From contig RDNZ01000067.1 in NCBI GenBank assembly GCA_011364905.1, positions 1 through 10,341 on the forward strand: a stretch of DNA of 10,341 bases. The letters are read 5' to 3'. The notes under the pieces were generated by a model. The model saw only the letters and a list, made by a program, of their open reading frames with translations, searched no databases and was not told the origin of the DNA. The position numbers and the translations under genes are program-made. Position 1 is the stretch's first letter. Every line of letters starts with the position of its first letter. Shown piece by piece: positions 1 through 6,581 of the stretch. This DNA is from Candidatus Thorarchaeota archaeon (GTDB lineage: Archaea > Asgardarchaeota > Thorarchaeia > Thorarchaeales > Thorarchaeaceae).

Positions 1-3
1 CAT
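1..3 (-). CDS. Probable start codon of the next gene downstream of rps19e (gene lies outside the window)
   Basis: Minus strand reads TAA GCC AGGTGG CAAGTTGAA ATG: SD-like AGGTGG (13-18) 9 nt before an ATG at 3..1. In archaea rps19e is commonly followed by a PDCD5-like DNA-binding protein gene, but no coding sequence is visible here. Confidence 0.35.
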
Positions 4-21
4 TTCAACTTGCCACCTGGC

Positions 22-474
22 TTAGTACTTCTCCAATTCCGGTATTGCCTGTGAGAGTTCCGTTTTGAGAGTAGATGCCAGTTTATCCATGTATGATCTG
101 CCAATATCAGTCATTTCGCGGCCCTTGGTCCCTTGTTTTTTCAGAAATCCAGCGCGTTCAAGCTGCTGGAGTGCGGTCCTTACAATGGACCCACTTCCTT
201 TCTGGAACCTGTTGGGCTTTACGCCACGTCTCTTTTTGCCTCCATATGCGATTCGCAACTTCTCAGTTCCTATAGGTCCCTTCAGGTACACCTTTCTGAG
301 AATGCTTGCGCATCTGACGTACCAGAAATCTGAGTCGTCAGGTGCTCGCTCCTTATGGGTTCCAGTCTTTACAAACGGCATCCAGTCTGGGACTGATATC
401 TCTTCTCTGGACTTCAGATCCTGAGCGAGTCGTCGTATGAGGATATTTGCAGGAATATCATAGACTGTAGGCAT
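22..474 (-). CDS. rps19e: 30S ribosomal protein eS19 (S19e)
   Basis: 150 aa with typical S19e motifs: MPTVYD, P-x-W...VKTG, ERAP...WYVRCASILRKVY, GPIG...YGGKKRRGVKP, KGSGSIVRTALQQLE, GR. SD-like GGTGA 7 nt before the ATG. Confidence 0.97.
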   Translation of the reverse strand: MPTVYDIPANILIRRLAQDLKSREEISVPDWMPFVKTGTHKERAPDDSDFWYVRCASILRKVYLKGPIGTEKLRIAYGGKKRRGVKPNRFQKGSGSIVRTALQQLERAGFLKKQGTKGREMTDIGRSYMDKLASTLKTELSQAIPELEKY

Positions 475-493
475 GTGTCTGTCACCAATCTCA

Positions 494-540
494 TTGAGAA
501 CAAGTCATCTCATCCAGGTTCGGCGGATGACCTACCTCAA
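494..540 (-). promoter_or_regulatory. Structured 5' leader hairpin upstream of rps19e
   Basis: Minus strand TTGAG-GTAG-GTCATC-[16 nt]-GATGAC-TTGT-T-CTCAA can form about 15 bp (3 G-U pairs, one bulge). It lies between the putative TATA box and the SD sequence. Confidence 0.45.
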
Positions 541-567
541 AAGGCTGGACCCACCGTCTAGAGTCCG

Positions 568-576
568 CATAAAAGG
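568..576 (-). promoter_or_regulatory. Putative TATA box for rps19e
   Basis: CCTTTTATG on the minus strand, preceded by an A-rich BRE-like stretch (ACGACAA). A start about 25 nt downstream would fall just before the leader hairpin. Confidence 0.45.
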
Positions 577-660
577 TTGTCGTTGTGTTAGAAGAGACTT
601 GGATAGTATTTGCATACATTTGATGATTATGATGAACTCAGACTAAGTCTGGAGATGTCC

Positions 661-951
661 CTACTCAGCCCTCGAGGCTCTGGTCCTATATATCACGGCT
701 GTGTTTCCTCGTACACCAGCAAATGCAGCACCAGACCTCTCACAGAGTAATTTCATGAGCTCGAGCTTGTTTGATCCCTCAAATGCACTACGCAAGATAC
801 GGACCTTTATGTACTGGTGCCTCTTCAAAAGCCTCTTCGCCTCCTCAACGATACTATCTGACACACCAGCTTTTCCAATCTGCATCATCGCTGGTTCTTG
901 CCAAGTGATTTTAATCCTAATTGGATCTGGTCCTGCAGTCATGTAAATCAT
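661..951 (-). CDS. yhbY: YhbY/CRM-domain RNA-binding protein
   Basis: 96 aa with QIGKAGV (GxxG-type loop), HQYIKVRIL and RGNTAVIYR. It occupies the conserved archaeal position between rnp4 and rps19e. An alternative start is at 942. Confidence 0.88.
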   Translation of the reverse strand: MIYMTAGPDPIRIKITWQEPAMMQIGKAGVSDSIVEEAKRLLKRHQYIKVRILRSAFEGSNKLELMKLLCERSGAAFAGVRGNTAVIYRTRASRAE

Positions 952-999
952 TTTTTTCGCTGTGGGGCTGCAGATTAACCTATGCTTATGTCCCTACAA

Positions 1000-1317
1000 C
1001 TAGATGTAGTATCTCCTTGTTGCTCCACAGCTAAGGCATGAAACTACTACATGTTTTGCACGGTTATGTCGAACTCTCACTCTGCAGGTATTTCCGGGTA
1101 TCAAGACAGTTCCACACACCCTGCAGACTCTCCGATTGACTTGACGTGGTATCTTTGTCCTTGCTCTCTGTGCTATCCTACGCGCACTGAGCATTTTCTG
1201 TCTGGCTTGCTCTGACAATCCAGATTTGGCATCGTTCTTGGCCTGTTCCCAGAGAATGTCCACCCTTGCCTCAGCAAGACGCTTTGTCTTTTCCCTTGGG
1301 CGGCTTCTTCTTGGCAT
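1000..1317 (-). CDS. rnp4: Ribonuclease P protein component 4 (Rpp21)
   Basis: A(E)AR(V)xxL helix, ARRIAQR, two CxxC zinc knuckles (CRVC, CLSC), LIPG..CRVR and RRY C-terminus. Start moved to the ATG at 1317 (alternative 1335) because the ORF-track start at 1404 overlaps nep1. Confidence 0.93.
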   Translation of the reverse strand: MPRRSRPREKTKRLAEARVDILWEQAKNDAKSGLSEQARQKMLSARRIAQRARTKIPRQVNRRVCRVCGTVLIPGNTCRVRVRHNRAKHVVVSCLSCGATRRYYI

Positions 1318-1353
1318 TGGCAAGTCACTATCCATTGATAAGATGGTCAAACT

Positions 1354-1362
1354 GCTTAAATC
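1354..1362. promoter_or_regulatory. Putative shared TATA box of divergent rnp4 / nep1
   Basis: CTTAAATC on + (ATTTAAG on -), centred in the 78-bp gap, about 36-38 nt from each start codon. The same octamer precedes the tRNA-Gly gene. Confidence 0.45.
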
Positions 1363-1395
1363 GTTCGTGATGAACAGTTTTGCAGGAGACCTCCA

Positions 1396-2106
1396 ATGCT
1401 TCACATCATTCTTCTTGACAGCGCACTTGAGTTGATGCCCAGAGAGATATCACATCTGAAACAGATTCAGCAACATGCATCACGTCGTGGGAAAAAGTCC
1501 TCTGAGATACTCCTTGACCAGACATATCACGGTCAATCGATGACAAAACTTGCTCAGAGCGAGCATCGAGGCCGGCCTGACATCACTTTCTTAAGCCTTC
1601 TAACGATTCTTGAAACGCCTCTCTGTAAGGAAGGTCTACTCGGTGTTCATCTGCACCTTCAGGATGGACAAGTCGTTTCAGTTCAGAATGATGTCAGATT
1701 GCCACGGAACTATGACAGGTTTGTAGGACTCATCGAACAACTCCTCCTCAAGAAACAAGTCCCTCCGCAGGGGAAGCCTTTGCTGAGTATAACTCAAGAG
1801 TCTCTTCAAGACCTGATATTAAGGCTAACAGCTGGATCTGACAAGGCAATGACGCTTTTGGCTATCGAAGGTGGTAAGCAAACCACGATTGATGATTTCA
1901 GAAGTCTACTCCCACAAGATTCATCGATTCCGGTGATTGTAGGAATTGGCGCATTCCCGCATGGAACCCTCTCAGAGGAGATAGTTTCATTATTTGACAC
2001 ACATCTAGAACTGGACAGAGAGGTCATGATGGCGTGGCATGTGTGTGCGGAGATAATCTGGACATATTCAGCACGGGTCAAAGCGATAGAGAACCGATAT
2101 ATGTAA
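1396..2106 (+). CDS. nep1: 16S rRNA pseudouridine-N1 methyltransferase Nep1/EMG1 (SPOUT fold)
   Basis: LDSALE, LLDQTYH, RGRPDI, RLPRNYDRFVGLIEQLL and IGAFPHG are Nep1 signature motifs. SD GGAG upstream of the ATG. Confidence 0.95.
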   Translation: MLHIILLDSALELMPREISHLKQIQQHASRRGKKSSEILLDQTYHGQSMTKLAQSEHRGRPDITFLSLLTILETPLCKEGLLGVHLHLQDGQVVSVQNDVRLPRNYDRFVGLIEQLLLKKQVPPQGKPLLSITQESLQDLILRLTAGSDKAMTLLAIEGGKQTTIDDFRSLLPQDSSIPVIVGIGAFPHGTLSEEIVSLFDTHLELDREVMMAWHVCAEIIWTYSARVKAIENRYM

Positions 2107-2171
2107 TGATGCAAGTAATACATCTAGGATAGAAGTCTTGCTTTTCTCATCTACTGTTGGGCTTACTGGGA

Positions 2172-2579
2172 CTATGTGTCTGAAGTATTCATTTTCTCGT
2201 TCTCTCTCATTAGTGGTTGTTTAAGGACTCTCCTCAGTAGAACAAACAGGATAATGGTCAGAATCAAGCCAGAGGGCAGATAGTATCCTACAACAAAAAG
2301 AAAGGACTGAAATGGTGTAAGATCAAACAAATTCGTCACAATCGGATATGATATCAGGTGTAAGAGGAACAAGACTACAACAGGTCTTCCAAATCTATGG
2401 AACCAGTTCCCACTGGTCGCATCCCTCTCGTCGAATGTGACGAGCCAGCTATTAGCCCTCTTCTCACTGTCCTGTTGAAACCACATTAAACCTCTGGAAT
2501 ACAAATAAGCCGAGAAGATGAACACAAAGAAAATGAATGCTGCTATAAATAGAATCGGGTTCCACCCTTCGAACTGCGT
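2172..2579 (-). CDS. Hypothetical membrane protein (about 3 TM helices), start codon uncertain (ACG at 2579 or GTG at 2525)
   Basis: Hydrophobic segments PVVVLFLLHLISYPIV and FLFVVGYYLPSGLILTIILFVLL followed by RR. The frame stays open upstream of 2525 and reads TQFEGWNPILFIAAFIFFVFIFSAYLY, completing a first TM helix. Confidence 0.65.
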   Translation of the reverse strand, partial: TQFEGWNPILFIAAFIFFVFIFSAYLYSRGLMWFQQDSEKRANSWLVTFDERDATSGNWFHRFGRPVVVLFLLHLISYPIVTNLFDLTPFQSFLFVVGYYLPSGLILTIILFVLLRRVLKQPLMRENEKMNTSDT

Positions 2580-2687
2580 GACTTCTCCACTCCTTTAGTA
2601 ATTATAGCTATGATACGCGCATTATACATCTTGCTATGATTTGAGATCTCTACTGCTTGGTCTACTAGTCTTCTCTCCATCAATACT

Positions 2688-2695
2688 CTTAAATC
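2688..2695 (+). promoter_or_regulatory. Putative TATA box of tRNA-Gly
   Basis: CTTAAATC about 30 nt upstream of the mature tRNA 5' end. Confidence 0.55.
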
Positions 2696-2725
2696 ACAAA
2701 CACCGACGCATGTGTTTCATTGATT

Positions 2726-2800
2726 GCGGCCATAGTCTAGGGGTTATGATTCGAGCCTTCCAAGCTCGTGACCCGGGTTCGAATCCCGGTGGCCGCACCA
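2726..2800 (+). tRNA. tRNA-Gly (anticodon TCC), intronless, CCA encoded
   Basis: Acceptor GCGGCCA/TGGCCGC, D-arm, anticodon stem CGAGC/GCTCG with loop CT-TCC-AA (anticodon 2759-2761), T-arm CCGGG-TTCGAAT-CCCGG, discriminator A, then CCA. Confidence 0.98.
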
Positions 2801-2878
2801 CTCCACATTTTTGCTCAGTCCGTTAGCGTAATCCTTTTGTTAAAACCGGTTCGAAACGACAGAAGACGAGGCCTCGAC

Positions 2879-4891
2879 ATGGAATCACTGATACACAATG
2901 GCATCCTTGTCATTGAACCACCTCAACCGCATGGGCTCTCAATTCGAGCCAGAGGTAGGGAGATTGCCCTCTCACAGGTTCAGGAAGAGATGGCTGTAGC
3001 ATGGGTTAGGAAACTTGGTACCCCATATGTTGACGACCCCGTCTTTGCGGAGAACTTCATGACTGATTTCAGTAAAGCTTTGGGAATAAACCCAGTTCTC
3101 AAGGTGGAAGAGGTCGATTTCACCGAAGTTATTCGTTTGGTGGAAGAAGAGCGTGCGGCAAAAGAGAGAATGACCTCAGAGGAGAAGAAGGCTGCACGTG
3201 AAGAGAGAAAGATAATCAGAGAACAGCTTAAAGAGCGGTATGGCTATGCCATCGTTGATGGTGAAAGGATGGAACTTGGCAACTACCAAACTGAACCATC
3301 AGGCATATTCATGGGACGAGGTAAACATCCTCTGAGAGGACGCTGGAAGCAAGGCGCAACGCAGAAGGACATCACGCTTAACATAAGTCCTGACGGTGTA
3401 TCACAGCTTGAGGGAGAGTGGTGTGAGCTTGTGTGGGCACCCGACACCATGTGGATTGCAAAGTGGACTGATGAACTGACTGGCAAAGTGAAGTACGTCT
3501 GGCTTCATGACAGCACTCCAATCAAACAGGAACGTGAGGCCGCCAAGTTTGATAAGGCCTTACGAGTGGAGAAGAGAATTGACGAGATTCGAGAGCATAT
3601 CATGGAGGGGCTACGATCAGAAAAACCAAAGCGCCGAATGGTCGCTGCTGCATGTTACTTGATAGACAATCTCAGTCTGAGAGTTGGCGACGAGAAAGAC
3701 CCTGAAGAGGCTGATACTGTTGGGGCTACAACGCTCAGAGCTGAACATCTGTCCTTCAAGGAGTCATCAGTTGTCTTTGATTTCCTCGGGAAAGACAGCG
3801 TAAGGTGGTACAAGGAAAGAGAGATGCCTCCTGAGATATACAATGAACTGAAGGAGCTCCACAGGAAGGCGCTGGATCGAATTGAATCATTCAACAGTAG
3901 GAAGACCAAGAAGACTCGTGGAGACCCCAAGAAGCTTGCTCAGATCTTCCCTTCAATCAATAGTACTCATGTTAATAGATTCCTAAGCGAAGTTTACCCT
4001 GAACTCACTGCCAAGGTGTTCAGGACCTATCATGCTTCAATGACAATGCGCAAAGAGCTCAAGACTAGCAAGGCTCGAAGCGTGGACCCCGAGTTCATCA
4101 AAAAAGCTGCCTTCAAACGGGCAAACCTTGAGGTGGCTCGCGTGATGAATCATACAAAACAAGCACCTGCAGGCTGGAATCGTAGCGCTGACAGATACAG
4201 GGAGCGTATTAAGAAGGCAGAAGTCAGAGTTGAGAAAGCCAAGTCTAACCTGAGAGAGCGGCAACTGCGTCTCCGGAAGGTCAAGAAGAGGGAAGACGAG
4301 GCACGAAGGGCGAAGCAAGACCGTATCTCAAAGCAGAAGGACTCGGTTGAGAAGACCATGGTTTCAGTGAGGTCCTGGCGCGAGAAAAGGGACAAGGCGA
4401 AAACAACATGGGACAACTCTCGAGCTCTGAAAAGTCGTACAAGGACAAGTAAACGTAAAGGAAAAAGCACCAAGAAACAGCGGCTGGAGGAGGCTCAGGA
4501 GCGTATCGACCGAACACGAGAACGCCTTGACAAGGCAGAATCTGGTCTTGCAAGTGCTCGAGAACGCCACACGAAGAGTAAGTCCGCTTTGGAGAAACAA
4601 CAACAGTCATTCAATGACTGGAAAGAAAAATCAGCAAAGCGAATTTCCGCTGCTGAGAGATCTGTCGAAACCGCTAAAGAACGTGTGACAAAAGCTGAGC
4701 TTGCAAAGAGAAAAATTGAGGTCGACTTTGCTCTTGCTACGGACGCTCGTACATGGAATCTAGGCACATCACTCAAGTCATATATCCACCCAAAGATTGT
4801 GTACAGGTGGTGTGATAAGGTGGACTATGACTGGAGGAAAGTGTATACAAAAACCTTGCAAAGAAAGTTCGAAGGTTGGATTGACAAATAG
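2879..4891 (+). CDS. top1: DNA topoisomerase IB, large eukaryote-like form (670 aa)
   Basis: Cap-domain motifs (SLIHNG, QEEMAVAW, GNYQTEPSGIFMGRGKHP, W...KYVWL) and the full catalytic pentad: LSLRVG (R), FLGKDS (K), AKVFRTY (R), MNH (H), GTSLKSY (Y). Start set at the ATG at 2879 with upstream GAGG, because the track start at 2768 lies inside the tRNA. Confidence 0.96.
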   Translation: MESLIHNGILVIEPPQPHGLSIRARGREIALSQVQEEMAVAWVRKLGTPYVDDPVFAENFMTDFSKALGINPVLKVEEVDFTEVIRLVEEERAAKERMTSEEKKAAREERKIIREQLKERYGYAIVDGERMELGNYQTEPSGIFMGRGKHPLRGRWKQGATQKDITLNISPDGVSQLEGEWCELVWAPDTMWIAKWTDELTGKVKYVWLHDSTPIKQEREAAKFDKALRVEKRIDEIREHIMEGLRSEKPKRRMVAAACYLIDNLSLRVGDEKDPEEADTVGATTLRAEHLSFKESSVVFDFLGKDSVRWYKEREMPPEIYNELKELHRKALDRIESFNSRKTKKTRGDPKKLAQIFPSINSTHVNRFLSEVYPELTAKVFRTYHASMTMRKELKTSKARSVDPEFIKKAAFKRANLEVARVMNHTKQAPAGWNRSADRYRERIKKAEVRVEKAKSNLRERQLRLRKVKKREDEARRAKQDRISKQKDSVEKTMVSVRSWREKRDKAKTTWDNSRALKSRTRTSKRKGKSTKKQRLEEAQERIDRTRERLDKAESGLASARERHTKSKSALEKQQQSFNDWKEKSAKRISAAERSVETAKERVTKAELAKRKIEVDFALATDARTWNLGTSLKSYIHPKIVYRWCDKVDYDWRKVYTKTLQRKFEGWIDK

Positions 4892-4899
4892 CCACATCT

Positions 4900-5313
4900 T
4901 TAGGACTTCAGAATGTTTGTCTTTATTCTTCTCTCAATCTCATCGCGCGTTTCTCTGAAGGCTTTGAGAATCTCCTCATCAGAGCCCTGAACCTCTGCAG
5001 GATCCTCCAGAGACCAGTGTTCAATGTGCTTTGCGCCTGGAAAGTGTGGGCATGACTGCTTCGCTCTATCGCACACAGTGACCACAAAATCAATCTCTTT
5101 ATTCACGAACTCATTGACAAGTTTCGGATGGAGTCCTTCAGTTGAAACTCCTTTCTCGCGTAACACTTCAAGAGCGTAAGGACTGACCTCTGACTTTGGT
5201 TTGATGCCTGCGCTATACACCTCAAAATCATCGCCCCCGAGTTGTCTGAGAACGGCTTCCGCCATTTGACTTCTGGCTGAGTTGCCTGTACAGATAAAGA
5301 GGACTTTTCGCAT
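4900..5313 (-). CDS. arsC: Arsenate reductase, thioredoxin-dependent LMW-PTP family
   Basis: KVLFICTGNSARSQMAE P-loop (CX5R), SAG, the resolving Cys pair VTVCDRAKQSCP, HWSLEDP and FRETRDEI. Start set at the ATG at 5313. Confidence 0.88.
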   Translation of the reverse strand: MRKVLFICTGNSARSQMAEAVLRQLGGDDFEVYSAGIKPKSEVSPYALEVLREKGVSTEGLHPKLVNEFVNKEIDFVVTVCDRAKQSCPHFPGAKHIEHWSLEDPAEVQGSDEEILKAFRETRDEIERRIKTNILKS

Positions 5314-5477
5314 ATTTTGACTCAACGTTTGAATCCTATCAAGTGTATGCATATGAAACATATTCTTCCTCAAGTCTGATGGAAAAACTCGCAGAGCTAC
5401 TTGAAACAACATTATTCACGACATTGTGCTAGTAATAACCTATATGTCCACAGTCTATCATCTTAACAAGAATCAAG

Positions 5478-6560
5478 ATGGTTCAAAGACTCAGGAACTG
5501 GATGAAGAAAGAGCGAGCATTCAAGCTCCTATCTAGTGCTATTACACTTGAAAATCAAGGCAATCAATCCGCAGCAGAGGTTTCTTACAAAAAGCTTGTA
5601 ACCACTTACCCCGAGTTCGAACCGGGTTTTACCTCCTATGCCATTTTCTTGTACAACCATGGTTTCAAAGAAGCTGCCAAAACTACTTTGAGGGAAGCTG
5701 CTCAATCATTCAAACAAAGCTCTGAAGCGTTGAGACATCTAGGTAATTTCTTGATGGCTGAGGGTTTTGATGATGAGGCAATTTCAACATTTCATGAAGC
5801 AATCATAAGGAATCCAGATGACTTTTCATCGTGGCAAAACATAGCAAGACTTGCAGCAAAGCTGGGCCAAGAAAACCTTGTTGAAGAGGCATACCGCGCT
5901 ATTACAAGAGTCTTGCCCGACGACTCTCACTATTGGGAAGCACTGGGCGATTATCTCCATTCAAAACGGAGAGAGAAGGAAGCCTCTGAAGCTTATCAAA
6001 GCTCTATTCAATTCAATCCTCGAGCCTATGGGGTTTGGGTCAAGCTTGGAATTGTAATGCTCAATCTGAATAGAATGGATGAGTCGGTCGATGCATTTGA
6101 GAAAGCAGTTGAGATAGAACCAACGACTGAATATGCAATTATCACTCTTGGAGAAAATCTTGAGAGATTAGGGCTTTTGGACCTCACAGAGAAGAAAGCA
6201 AAGCTGAAACGAGTGGACCGAAGAGCCAGAAAGATGATCACAACTTCATTAAGTGGACTTGGAAGCATGCCCGAGGCCGAACGGAGATACAGGAAGTTAG
6301 CACACGACTCGCCAAGATATGCTGGATTTTGGCACATACTCGGCCAGTGCTTGATTGCCCAGAGTAAGTACTCTGAAGCTGAAAGTGTTCTTCACGAAGC
6401 TGTCCATATCGATTCTGGGCTCTCTGCTGCCTGGTGTGATCTTGGGATCGCTTTGCTCAAACAGAACCGTGTCAAAGAGGCTCAAGATGCTGTTGATAGA
6501 GCTGTTGAACTCAATCCACATAATCAAAAAGCAGCTCAACTATCGAAGATTTTCTTGTAG
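5478..6560 (+). CDS. Tetratricopeptide-repeat protein
   Basis: Multiple 34-aa units with the W..LG......EA...F..A...P pattern, for example VWVKLGIVMLNLNRMDESVDAFEKAVEIEP and AWCDLGIALLKQNRVKEAQDAVDRAVELNP. No catalytic domain recognised. Confidence 0.92.
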   Translation: MVQRLRNWMKKERAFKLLSSAITLENQGNQSAAEVSYKKLVTTYPEFEPGFTSYAIFLYNHGFKEAAKTTLREAAQSFKQSSEALRHLGNFLMAEGFDDEAISTFHEAIIRNPDDFSSWQNIARLAAKLGQENLVEEAYRAITRVLPDDSHYWEALGDYLHSKRREKEASEAYQSSIQFNPRAYGVWVKLGIVMLNLNRMDESVDAFEKAVEIEPTTEYAIITLGENLERLGLLDLTEKKAKLKRVDRRARKMITTSLSGLGSMPEAERRYRKLAHDSPRYAGFWHILGQCLIAQSKYSEAESVLHEAVHIDSGLSAAWCDLGIALLKQNRVKEAQDAVDRAVELNPHNQKAAQLSKIFL

Positions 6561-6581
6561 ACCTATGAGCCAACTCCAATC

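Noticed and set aside
547-566. Hairpin GGACTC/GGGTCC (minus strand)
   Set aside because: It lies between the putative TATA box and TSS, so it is probably not in the rps19e leader. It is only 6 bp.
621-635. Tandem TGATGA box C-like motifs suggesting a C/D box sRNA
   Set aside because: There is no CTGA box D or D' at suitable spacing on the plus strand before the yhbY gene.
2844-2859. GGTTCGAAAC T-loop-like motif downstream of tRNA-Gly
   Set aside because: No proper T-stem, acceptor strand or CCA. It lies in the likely top1 promoter/leader region.
2641-2878. ORF 2641-2826 and the 37-aa N-terminal extension of TopIB from 2768
   Set aside because: Both run through the tRNA-Gly gene. TopIB homology starts at Met 2879.
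3283-4776. Several antisense ORFs within top1, and similar shadow ORFs in rps19e, nep1, TPR, DUF362 and the amidohydrolase
   Set aside because: They overlap confidently identified genes and carry no recognisable motifs. They are expected by-products of codon bias.
5314-5412. ORF-track N-terminal extensions of arsC (also rnp4 1318-1404 and DUF362 7425-7487)
   Set aside because: They precede the family domain start and cover promoter-like intergenic DNA.
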